Below, piece by piece: positions 49,347 through 57,287 of a stretch of 64,000 nucleotides of DNA (positions are counted from its first letter, which is position 1; the number at the start of each line of letters is the position of its first letter). Source of the stretch: Patescibacteria group bacterium (GTDB lineage: Bacteria > Patescibacteriota > Microgenomatia > UBA12405); contig JAHIPV010000013.1 of NCBI GenBank assembly GCA_018902845.1, forward strand, positions 18,766-82,765. Direction: 5' to 3'. The position numbers and the translations under genes are program-made. Under the pieces are notes generated by a model that saw nothing but the letters and a program-made list of their open reading frames with translations, was not told where the DNA came from and ran no database searches.

Positions 49347-49406
49347 GTGGGGAATTGTAAAAATTTATTAAAAATTAAAAATTAGAGATTAAAAAAGTTT
49401 AAAAAT

Positions 49407-49430
49407 TTTGGAAATTTAGATTTTAAATTT
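49407..49430 (+). repeat. AT-rich 24-mer upstream of rplQ
   Basis: TTTGGAAATTTAGATTTTAAATTT. Confidence 0.8.
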
Positions 49431-49443
49431 TGAATTTAATTAT

Positions 49444-50028
49444 ATGCGTCATCGAAAATTCGGCAAAAAACTAGGAAGAAATCATCATCAACGAAAAGCT
49501 TTACTCAAAAGTTTGGTTAGGGCTGTTTTTACTCATGGTAGTATTAATACCACCATGGCAAAGGCAGAGGCAGTCTCTCCCTTAATAGAAAAAATCTGCA
49601 CTAGAATAAAAAAAGCAGACTTAAGTAGCAAAAGATATCTATATAGATATCTTCAGGACAGAAAATGGGTAAAAATAGTTGAGGAAGCTTTTTTAAAAGT
49701 TTTTCCGGACAGAAATTCAAATTTCCTAAAAATTTCTAAAGTTAAAAAAAGACAAGGAGACGATGCCACAATAGTTAACTTAGCTTTTGTCAAAACTGTT
49801 TCTTTTAATGTAGGGGAGACCCTTGCGGTCGCCCGCAAAAAAACAAAAGAAAGCTTAAGTTCAAAAAATTTATTAGGGCTCAAAAACAAGCTAAAGCGCA
49901 GTTCGTTTCAGGCAAAACAAAAGCAACAATCGTCTGTAGGAACAACTTTTGCAGTCGCTCGCAAAAATATAAAAATGAAAAAGAAAACAAGTCAGAGCGA
50001 ACTTACTCGAAGGGGAAAATCTAAATGA
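49444..50028 (+). CDS. rplQ: 50S ribosomal protein L17 with about 75-aa repeat-derived C-terminal extension
   Basis: MRHRK.G.KLGR...RKALL..L, I.TT..KA, R.GD.A; core ends near aa 116. Confidence 0.95.
   Translation: MRHRKFGKKLGRNHHQRKALLKSLVRAVFTHGSINTTMAKAEAVSPLIEKICTRIKKADLSSKRYLYRYLQDRKWVKIVEEAFLKVFPDRNSNFLKISKVKKRQGDDATIVNLAFVKTVSFNVGETLAVARKKTKESLSSKNLLGLKNKLKRSSFQAKQKQQSSVGTTFAVARKNIKMKKKTSQSELTRRGKSK
49810..49834 (+). repeat. GTAG-type REP inside rplQ (copy 1)
   Basis: GTAGGGGAGACCCTTGCGGTCGCCC; 23/25 identical to the intergenic copy at 61729. Confidence 0.85.
49936..49960 (+). repeat. Decayed GTAG-type REP inside rplQ (copy 2)
   Basis: GTAGGAACAACTTTTGCAGTCGCTC; differs from the consensus only by G>A/C>T transitions and shares the downstream GCAAAA(A)TATAAAAATG. 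Confidence 0.75.
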
Positions 50029-50492
50029 AAAAGATAACAACCATAAAACCAATAAAAGACATCAAAAGATATTGGCATTTCATCGACCTAGAAGGCCAAA
50101 CTCTTGGTCGCATTAGCACAAAAATTGCCAAACTTTTAACCGGAAAGGATAAGGTCCAATTTTGTTATCATCACGATTGGGGAGATTATGTCATCGCTGT
50201 TAATTCTAATAAAATAAAAACTACAGGTAAAAAGCTAAAAGACAAAATTTATTATCGTCATTCTGGTTACGCTGGCAATTTAAAAGAAATTCAATTAAAA
50301 GACTTGATGAAAAAAGATTCCAGAAAAGTTATTTATGCATCGGTTTATGGAATGGTAGCCAAAAACAAATTACGAAAACCAAGAATGCGAAGATTAAAAA
50401 TCTTTAAAACCGCAGATCATCCTTATCAAGGCAAGCTTAAAGGTTTATCTCCCAAGCGTCATCCTGAGCTTGCCGAAGGATCACAAAAATAA
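50025..50492 (+). CDS. rplM: 50S ribosomal protein L13
   Basis: W..ID..G..LGR..T.IA..L.GK.K, D.GDYV..N, K.YYRHSGY.G, V.GM..KNKL. Confidence 0.97.
   Translation: MKKITTIKPIKDIKRYWHFIDLEGQTLGRISTKIAKLLTGKDKVQFCYHHDWGDYVIAVNSNKIKTTGKKLKDKIYYRHSGYAGNLKEIQLKDLMKKDSRKVIYASVYGMVAKNKLRKPRMRRLKIFKTADHPYQGKLKGLSPKRHPELAEGSQK
50457..50482 (+). repeat. CGTC-type repeat in-frame in the 3' end of rplM
   Basis: CGTCATCCTGAGCTTGCCGAAGGATC encodes RHPELAEGS; identical to 42226-42251. Confidence 0.9.
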
Positions 50493-50495
50493 TTT

Positions 50496-50888
50496 ATGAA
50501 AAAATACATATACGCAATCGGCAGACGTCGTAGTGCGATTGTAACTGTCAAGCTTTTTAAAGGAAAAGAAGAATCTCTAGTTAATAATATTTCTGTATCG
50601 AAATATTTTCCATCTCCACACCAAAAGATTAAGTATCAAAAACCTTTTGTTTTAACCAGCCTTTTGGGTAAGTATTTTTTTCAAGCTAAAGCTTCTGGAG
50701 GTGGCAAGGAAGGCCAATTAGACGCCCTAGCCCTAGCCATTTCAAGGGCTTTAGAACGACAGAACCCAGATCTTCGCGATCCTTTAAAAAAAGCCAAGCT
50801 GTTAAGAGTAGATTCTCGTATCCGTCAGCGTCGTCGGGTTGGTAAAGGTGGCAAAGCTCGTCGTGGCAAACAATCCCCAAGAAGATAA
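50496..50888 (+). CDS. rpsI: 30S ribosomal protein S9
   Basis: GRR..A...V, GGG..GQ..A...AI.RAL, L..D.R..R..G..AR...Q...R. Confidence 0.96.
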   Translation: MKKYIYAIGRRRSAIVTVKLFKGKEESLVNNISVSKYFPSPHQKIKYQKPFVLTSLLGKYFFQAKASGGGKEGQLDALALAISRALERQNPDLRDPLKKAKLLRVDSRIRQRRRVGKGGKARRGKQSPRR

Positions 50889-50906
50889 AAATGTTATCCT
50901 AAGCAA

Positions 50907-51653
50907 ATGTTGTGGTATCAATCTCTTATCCTTGCCCTTATCCAGGCCATCACTGAATTTCTTCCGGTCTCCTCTTCTGGTCATCTTGCTATAGCCCAAG
51001 AGCTTTTTGGTTCTACACCTTCGCTTTCTTTCGATATTTTTCTTAACACGGCCACTCTTTTTTCTGTTATATTTTTTTTCAAAAAACAATCCAAGGATTT
51101 TTTAAACAAATTAGTTTTTATTTTTTTAAGCTCTATTCCTGCTGTTCTGGTAACTCTTATTTTCAAAGATCAGATTAGCTCTCTCTTTTCTCAAACCACA
51201 TATCTCACCGCCTCTTTTCTCGTTACAAGTCTTTTGCTTTTTTCAGTCAAATTAATCAAAAAAAGGAAACAAACTTTTCTTACTCCCCAAAAAGCCATAA
51301 TAATTGGTCTTTTTCAATCGTTGGCTATTTTTCCTGGTATTTCCCGTTCTGCTTCTACAATTTTTGCCGGTCTTCTTTGTGGACTTGGCAGTCAAAAAGC
51401 CTTTGAATATTCTTTTTACTTATTCATTCCCGCTTCGCTGGGCGCTCTTGTGTTTGGAGTTACGCAAACAGATCTTGCATCGTTGTCTTTTTCCTCCTAC
51501 CTTCCTTACGCCATAATTTGCTTTCTGGTTGGTTTAATTTCCCTCAAACTCTTAAAAAAAACAATTCAATCCAAAAAACTTTGGTATTTTAGCTTTTATA
51601 CCTTAGCACTCTCCTGTCTTACCATCTATTTTTCCTACCACCAATCTTTTTAA
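50907..51653 (+). CDS. uppP: Undecaprenyl-diphosphate phosphatase
   Basis: IQ..TEFLPVSSSGHL, IG..Q..A..PG.SRS..T, multiple TM helices. Confidence 0.93.
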   Translation: MLWYQSLILALIQAITEFLPVSSSGHLAIAQELFGSTPSLSFDIFLNTATLFSVIFFFKKQSKDFLNKLVFIFLSSIPAVLVTLIFKDQISSLFSQTTYLTASFLVTSLLLFSVKLIKKRKQTFLTPQKAIIIGLFQSLAIFPGISRSASTIFAGLLCGLGSQKAFEYSFYLFIPASLGALVFGVTQTDLASLSFSSYLPYAIICFLVGLISLKLLKKTIQSKKLWYFSFYTLALSCLTIYFSYHQSF

Positions 51654-51776
51654 ATCTTCCATTGCCTCTGCAAGTATCATTCTTTCTTCAAGTTCTCTGT
51701 TTAGTTTATTCATAAAAACCACCTGCTCCACTCTCTTTATCTGCTTAATTCTGCCCAGTCCTGTATTTCTTATCAT
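51603..51776 (-). CDS. Possible 57-aa protein (below the ORF-track cutoff)
   Basis: MIRNTGLGRIKQIKRVEQVVFMNKLNRELEERMILAEAMEDLKRLVVGKIDGKTGEC; TGGTAGAAT 9 nt upstream; overlaps the uppP 3' end. Confidence 0.35.
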   Translation of the reverse strand: MIRNTGLGRIKQIKRVEQVVFMNKLNRELEERMILAEAMEDLKRLVVGKIDGKTGEC

Positions 51777-51820
51777 AGATAAATTATTCTACCACTTCCC
51801 ACACTAACCCTCAAATCTAT

Positions 51821-53263
51821 TTATAATGTGTTTACTGCCCTTTCCAGTCTTTTAATCGTTTTGTCTCTTCCTAAAATCGGTAAACATTCTACAATTGGCG
51901 GTGTAATTTTTTGTCCGCTCAAAGCCACTCTAAACACCATAAAATACTGTCCCGTATTCCAATTATTTTTTTTAATCAACTCCAGTAGTTTATTTTGAAT
52001 ATTGACAACATCATCCCAATTCTTAGTTTCTTTTAATAATTCTGTTGTCTTATCCATCATTTCTGTTACCAGCTCTTTTGTTGCCCCTCTTTGCAACAGC
52101 ATTTCCTTATCATATTTAATCTCTTCAAACAAAAACTTAGTTAATTCAACTGCGTCAGACAACCTAGTGATTCTTTCTTTTAGCAGGGGAGCCAGATATA
52201 ACAATATTTCATCATCAACTTTTGGTAAAAAAGTTTTCAACAATTTTGCTAATTCTTTATCGCTTTTTTTCTGAATGTAATGTTTATTAAAATAATCAAG
52301 TTTTTTTCTATCAAAAGCAGGCGCTTTTTTGTGTAATCTTTCCAAACTAAACTCTTCGATAAACTCATCCAGGCTAAAAAATTCTCTTTCGTCTCCGGGA
52401 TTCCATCCCAAAAGCATCAAAAAATTGAGCAAGGCTTCGGGTAAATATCCATCATTTAAAAAATTTCGGGCAGACCAAGATCCGTGTCTTTTAGATATTT
52501 TCCCTCTCCTTTCTGGGTCCATCAAATCAGTTAGATGCGCAAATACTGGTATATTCCAACCAAAACATTTATACAAAATTACCTGTTTCGGGGTTGAAGG
52601 TATCCAAGCCTGTCCTCTCATTATGTGGCTGATTTCCATTAAATGGTCATCAATTACCACGGCAAAATGGTAAGTGGGAATTCCATCAGATTTGATCAAC
52701 ACTTGATCATCTATATCTTTGCTTGGTACCGAAATTTTTCCTCTGATAAAATCCGTCCAAACAATTACCTCATTATCTGGAACTTTCATCCGGATTACAT
52801 ATTTTTCTCCTGCTTTTAATCTTTTTTCTACCTCACTTTTTGATAGTTGCAGGCACTTCCTGTCATATTTTGGTAATTTGCCATCGGCTTTCTGTGACTT
52901 TCTCATTTCATCCAATCTCTCTTCACTGCAAAAACAACAATAGGCAAAACCATTTTTTATCAATTGATCAGTATATTTTTTATAAATACCCAACCTCTCT
53001 GTTTGAATATAAGGACCATATTTGCCACCTTTCTTGGGTCCTTCGTCCCAGTCAAAGCCATAGTCTCTAATTACTTCAAACATTCTTTCTTGCGCTCCAG
53101 CAACAAGCCTTTTTCTGTCAGTATCCTCAATTCGAATAATAAACTGACCTTTGTTTTTTCTAGCAAAAGCATAGTTATAAAGAAGTGTTCTCATGTTCCC
53201 AATCTGATATTCTCCCGTTGGACTCGGCGCCATTCTGGTTCTGACTATTTTTTTACCACTCAT
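51821..53263 (-). CDS. gltX: Glutamate--tRNA ligase
   Basis: VRTR.APSPTG, RIEDTD, PY.Q.ERL, YCCFC, PTYHFA.V.DDHLM.ISH..RG, K.SKR, GY.PEA..NF..LLGW. Confidence 0.95.
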   Translation of the reverse strand: MSGKKIVRTRMAPSPTGEYQIGNMRTLLYNYAFARKNKGQFIIRIEDTDRKRLVAGAQERMFEVIRDYGFDWDEGPKKGGKYGPYIQTERLGIYKKYTDQLIKNGFAYCCFCSEERLDEMRKSQKADGKLPKYDRKCLQLSKSEVEKRLKAGEKYVIRMKVPDNEVIVWTDFIRGKISVPSKDIDDQVLIKSDGIPTYHFAVVIDDHLMEISHIMRGQAWIPSTPKQVILYKCFGWNIPVFAHLTDLMDPERRGKISKRHGSWSARNFLNDGYLPEALLNFLMLLGWNPGDEREFFSLDEFIEEFSLERLHKKAPAFDRKKLDYFNKHYIQKKSDKELAKLLKTFLPKVDDEILLYLAPLLKERITRLSDAVELTKFLFEEIKYDKEMLLQRGATKELVTEMMDKTTELLKETKNWDDVVNIQNKLLELIKKNNWNTGQYFMVFRVALSGQKITPPIVECLPILGRDKTIKRLERAVNTL

Positions 53264-53308
53264 TTTACTATTTTATCATTATTTCTATCTAGCATCCTGA
53301 GTTTTCAC

Positions 53309-53353
53309 CGTCATCCTGAGTGATCCGCCAACTGGCGGAGACCGAAGGATCCC
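53309..53353 (+). repeat. CGTC-type repeat carrying a nested TCCGCCAACTGGCGGA palindrome
   Basis: CGTCATCCTGAGTGA-TCCGCCAACTGGCGGA-GACCGAAGGATCCC; partial copy at 53292. Confidence 0.85.
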
Positions 53354-53401
53354 GTCGGATTTTCCCCCCAATAATCTTTTCTTTAGTTTATAATCAATTT
53401 A

Positions 53402-54442
53402 ATGTCCTTAACTCATACTGCCTACAGTACTAGAAAACTAATTAAATTTGGCGGACTAGGTATTATTCTTTTTTCTTTTGCCTGGTCTTTTCTTGTCACC
53501 GGAATCAAAGCTTATCGCAAGGCCCATCCGCCCAAGCTCCCTCCAACAGTTCGTTTTGGTAAACTGCCACCAATCACTTTTCCGTCAAAAAAAATAGAAA
53601 AGAAAGATTTTGTTTTAGAATTAGCTGATGATAAATTTTCAGAATTTCCCGATTCCGCTAAGGTTTATGTAGTCTATCGACCCACCAGTACTATCTTAGC
53701 TCTAGAAGAAGATACAAAAACAGCCAGAAGTCTTGGTTTTGTAACTCAGCCTATAAAAATTAACGACGGAGTTTACCAATTTCAAAACACTACTTTTAAA
53801 AAAACATTAACCATGAATATCTTAGATGGCAGTTTCAAGCTGGAATATCCATACAAAAAAGACCAAACCTTACAAGGTTCTGGAAAACTTCCCGACAAAA
53901 ACCAAGCCATTGATACGGCCAAAGCCTTTTTGAGAACAGCCGGAAAACTCGGTCCAGATCTTGAGACCGGAGAACAAACTATCACTTTTTGGAAAATAAG
54001 TTTTGATGGTCTTCATTCAGTTTTATCCCATTCAGAAGCCAATGCCATAAGAGTAGATTTTTTAAGAGAAAACCCAGAAAAAGATATGAAAATTTATTCC
54101 ACTAAGCCCGATAAGTCTTCAGTATCGGTCCTGGTCAGCAATTCAGCGGTTGAAAACAAAAGGATTATAGATGTTGATTACAAATATTCCCCGATTGATC
54201 GTGAATCTTTTTCTACTTACCCCATCAAATCGGCCATCCAGGCATGGGAAGAATTAAAAGCAGGTGATTATTGGCCGGCCATACAAGACTCTTCTGCCAC
54301 CGTCTCCATTCGCAATGTTAATTTGGCCTATTTTGAGCCCAGTAGTTTAACTAATTACATGCAACCAATCTTTGTATTTACTGGCGATAACGATTTTACC
54401 GCTTATGTTCCGGCTATATCTTCATCCTGGATTTCAGAATAA
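53402..54442 (+). CDS. Single-pass membrane/secreted protein of unknown function
   Basis: N-terminal TM; C-terminal I.NV.LAYF......Y.QP.FVF.G pattern (YycH/YycI-like by eye); TATAAT 7 nt upstream. Confidence 0.7.
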   Translation: MSLTHTAYSTRKLIKFGGLGIILFSFAWSFLVTGIKAYRKAHPPKLPPTVRFGKLPPITFPSKKIEKKDFVLELADDKFSEFPDSAKVYVVYRPTSTILALEEDTKTARSLGFVTQPIKINDGVYQFQNTTFKKTLTMNILDGSFKLEYPYKKDQTLQGSGKLPDKNQAIDTAKAFLRTAGKLGPDLETGEQTITFWKISFDGLHSVLSHSEANAIRVDFLRENPEKDMKIYSTKPDKSSVSVLVSNSAVENKRIIDVDYKYSPIDRESFSTYPIKSAIQAWEELKAGDYWPAIQDSSATVSIRNVNLAYFEPSSLTNYMQPIFVFTGDNDFTAYVPAISSSWISE

Positions 54443-54448
54443 TCTATC

Positions 54449-54585
54449 TGTCATCCCGAGCGCAGTCGAGGGATCTCCCCGGAATTTAAACTTCCATTTG
54501 GGATTCTTCTCCGCCAACTGGCGGATCAGAATGACGCCTTTCTCCCACCCGTCATCCTGAGTGAGTTTTACGACCGAAGGATCCC
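54449..54585. repeat. Cluster of three CGTC-type repeats (+,-,+) between convergent genes
   Basis: 54449-54476 (+); 54500-54536 (-, nested TCCGCCAACTGGCGGA); 54550-54585 (+). Confidence 0.85.
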
Positions 54586-54586
54586 A

Positions 54587-55501
54587 TCAATATTCTTCCC
54601 ACTCAATGTTCTTTTTCGCCCATTCAAGTAATTGCAAAGTATCCGCAAATCGATCCTCACTTTGCGCCACCACACTAATCAATCTGTGTCCTTCTATGTT
54701 TAACAATCCCGCAAAACATCCACCAGCCTCCGGTGTCCACCCGGTCTTCAGCCCTTCAACTTCTGGCACTGTTTCCAGTAATTCATTTGTATTAAGCAGT
54801 AAGTGTTCCGTGCCATTCCTGCTTGTTATTTTTAATTCTTTAATTTTTACTGTTTCTGTCACTGTTTTATTTTTAATTGCCAATCGTGCCACCTGAGCTA
54901 AATCATAAACAGTTGAATAGTGATTTTCGTCATGTATGCCGTCGTAATTAACAAAATTACTATCCTCTAATCCATTTTTTTTCAAAATTCCATTCATTTC
55001 TTTAACAAAACCATCCACTCCATTTTTGTGTTGTTTAGCCAAAACAAAAGCCGCATCATTGGCAGAATGAACCAACAAAGCCTTTACCAGATCTCTTATG
55101 CTTAATTTTTCTCCCACCTTAAGCTCCATTACCTTTCCATTTTCGTATTCTGTATCTATCTCTATAATTTCATCCAGGGGATAAATATTTAAAGCGGTTA
55201 GTGCTGTGATTAACTTTGTAGTGGAAGCCGGATAAATTCTTTCTTTTTCTTTTTTGCTTATCAAAATAGTATTTGTTTCTGTATCTAGGAGAATAAAAGC
55301 TTTAGCACTCAAAACAGGGGTAAAATTGGTTTTATTTTTTGTTACTGGTATTAATGGGTGTTGGTAATTGGCAAAGACGTTATTTTCTTTTCTTGTTTGT
55401 ATTGCCCTGCGGTCTAGATTAGAAACAATTAAATTAAACCACAAAAAAAATCCCAGTCCGCCTCCTAAAAAAATCAAAATCCTACTACGCTTTTTTCGCA
55501 T
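54587..55501 (-). CDS. D-alanyl-D-alanine carboxypeptidase (peptidase S11)
   Basis: PASTTK (SxxK), HSAND (SxN), LKTG (KTG); N-terminal TM. Confidence 0.92.
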   Translation of the reverse strand: MRKKRSRILIFLGGGLGFFLWFNLIVSNLDRRAIQTRKENNVFANYQHPLIPVTKNKTNFTPVLSAKAFILLDTETNTILISKKEKERIYPASTTKLITALTALNIYPLDEIIEIDTEYENGKVMELKVGEKLSIRDLVKALLVHSANDAAFVLAKQHKNGVDGFVKEMNGILKKNGLEDSNFVNYDGIHDENHYSTVYDLAQVARLAIKNKTVTETVKIKELKITSRNGTEHLLLNTNELLETVPEVEGLKTGWTPEAGGCFAGLLNIEGHRLISVVAQSEDRFADTLQLLEWAKKNIEWEEY

Positions 55502-57287
55502 AATTACCCTTTTTATGCTTAACCAATCTCACAAAGTCGATTAATTTCATCATTACTGATCTTGTTCGCAAACCGGCATTAAAGACAATTTTTTCGTTCT
55601 TCAAAAAGTTTTTATCCACATATACGGGCACATTAAACAAATTTCCAAACGGTGGTACAGCCCCAATTTTTACACCACTAATCTCTCCCACTTCATTTTC
55701 ACTCGCCATCCTTAAATTTTTGATCCCAAACAATTTTTTAAAAATAGTACTATCTAATTTTTCGGCTGCCGACAATACCACTAATATAGCTTTCTCGTCA
55801 GCAAACATCAGCAACGCTTTAGCACCCTGTTCTAGCTTTGTTCCTCTAGCATCCGCCGCCTCTTGTGATGTTCTTACTTCCTCATGTTTAATTTCTTCAA
55901 ACTCAACTTCTTCTTTTTTTAATAATTCAATCAAATTATCATACAAGTTTTTTTTCTTTTTTTTACGTAAATTTGATAATCTGATATCTATTCTTTCCAT
56001 GTCCCGTGGATAAAGAGTTGCTTGTCTGATATTGTCCAAGCCCAAAATATTTTGCGTAATTCTTTCTAGCCCTATACAAAATCCACCCTCTGGTGGCATA
56101 CCATATTTAAAAGCCTGTAAATAGGGGATTTCAAAATCCTTTGGATCAGCCCCCATCTTTTTAATATTCTTCACCAGTACGTCGTATTGGTGTATTCTCT
56201 GTCCTCCTGTGATCCATTCCACTCCACACCCAATCAAGTCAAAGCTTAAAGTTTCTTTGGGATTTTTAGGATTTTGATATGTATACCATGGTCTTTTTTT
56301 GGTGGGAAAATGGCTTATAAACACCATATCGCTTCCATGTTCTTCTTTAGACCATTTACAAATTCCCCTTTCTCCTTCAGGATCCATGTCCGGCTCACCT
56401 CTGATATCTCGCTTGGTTCTTTCAAAAATTATTTCTTGTGCTTCTGATAATTTTATAACCGGTGTTTTTTTGCAAGTTTCAGGAATTGTCATTCCATATT
56501 CTTCCAAAATATCGGCATGTTCTTGTTTTATTTTATTAAAAATCGCCTTAACCAGATTATCGGCCATTTCAACCACATCAAGCCAGCTGTCTATAAATCC
56601 AAACTCAACATCCAGGCCAACATATTCAGTCAAATGTCTGGTTGTTACACTTGGCTCAGCTCTGTAAGCGTGCGACAGAGTAAAAACCCTTTCAAAAATA
56701 GACACCATAATTTGTTTATAAAACTGCGGACTTTGAGCCATAAATGCTTTTTGGTCAAAATAATCAACAGCAAAAACCTGCGATCCGCCTTCTGTGGCGG
56801 TTGCTACAATAGTTGGCGCCTGAAATTCAACAAAATCATTTTTGTTCATGTATTCCCGAAAAGCCTTTACTATAGTTGCCTGTACTCTAAAAATATCAGC
56901 GGTTTTTTTATTTCTCAAAGACGCGTTTCTGTAATCAAGCATAACCGGTAGTGATACGTCCAGTTTGGGTTTATAAATGTCAAAAGGTAATTCGCCACTT
57001 TCAGACAAAACTTTAATTTTTTCCACTTCTATTTCTATTTTTCCGGTTGCTATTTTTTCATTAAAATTTTTCTCTTGTCTGTTTCTGACAGTTCCTGTGA
57101 TTTCCACTACATTTTCTCCATGCAATTTCCCCAGATCCTTACTACCAACCAATTGAATATAGCCCGACCTGTCTCTCAAATCGGCAAAAGATAATTTACC
57201 GTAACTTCTCACACTATTTATCCACCCACAAAGTCTCACTTTTTCCCCAACACACCCCAAAGTTTTAGATATAACCGTCCTCTTCAT
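55485..57287 (-). CDS. aspS: Archaeal-type (probably non-discriminating) aspartate--tRNA ligase fused to a C-terminal YbaK/ProXp (YeaK-like) domain
   Basis: OB fold with F.DLRD, QSPQ.YKQ, RAE.S.T.RHL.E, GGQRIH, YG.PP.GG...G.ER, PRD; then RGT.L.QGAKAL and G...GA.PPFG, FNAG....S. Confidence 0.9.
   Translation of the reverse strand: MKRTVISKTLGCVGEKVRLCGWINSVRSYGKLSFADLRDRSGYIQLVGSKDLGKLHGENVVEITGTVRNRQEKNFNEKIATGKIEIEVEKIKVLSESGELPFDIYKPKLDVSLPVMLDYRNASLRNKKTADIFRVQATIVKAFREYMNKNDFVEFQAPTIVATATEGGSQVFAVDYFDQKAFMAQSPQFYKQIMVSIFERVFTLSHAYRAEPSVTTRHLTEYVGLDVEFGFIDSWLDVVEMADNLVKAIFNKIKQEHADILEEYGMTIPETCKKTPVIKLSEAQEIIFERTKRDIRGEPDMDPEGERGICKWSKEEHGSDMVFISHFPTKKRPWYTYQNPKNPKETLSFDLIGCGVEWITGGQRIHQYDVLVKNIKKMGADPKDFEIPYLQAFKYGMPPEGGFCIGLERITQNILGLDNIRQATLYPRDMERIDIRLSNLRKKKKKNLYDNLIELLKKEEVEFEEIKHEEVRTSQEAADARGTKLEQGAKALLMFADEKAILVVLSAAEKLDSTIFKKLFGIKNLRMASENEVGEISGVKIGAVPPFGNLFNVPVYVDKNFLKNEKIVFNAGLRTRSVMMKLIDFVRLVKHKKGNYAKKA

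Noticed and set aside
358-54585. Repeat copies as a CRISPR array
   Set aside because: Dispersed, in both orientations, no regular spacers and no cas genes
56785-56800. CCGCC-TTCTGT-GGCGG palindrome inside aspS resembling the TCCGCC/GGCGGA repeat
   Set aside because: It encodes the conserved T.TEGG motif of archaeal-type AspRS, so it is coincidental
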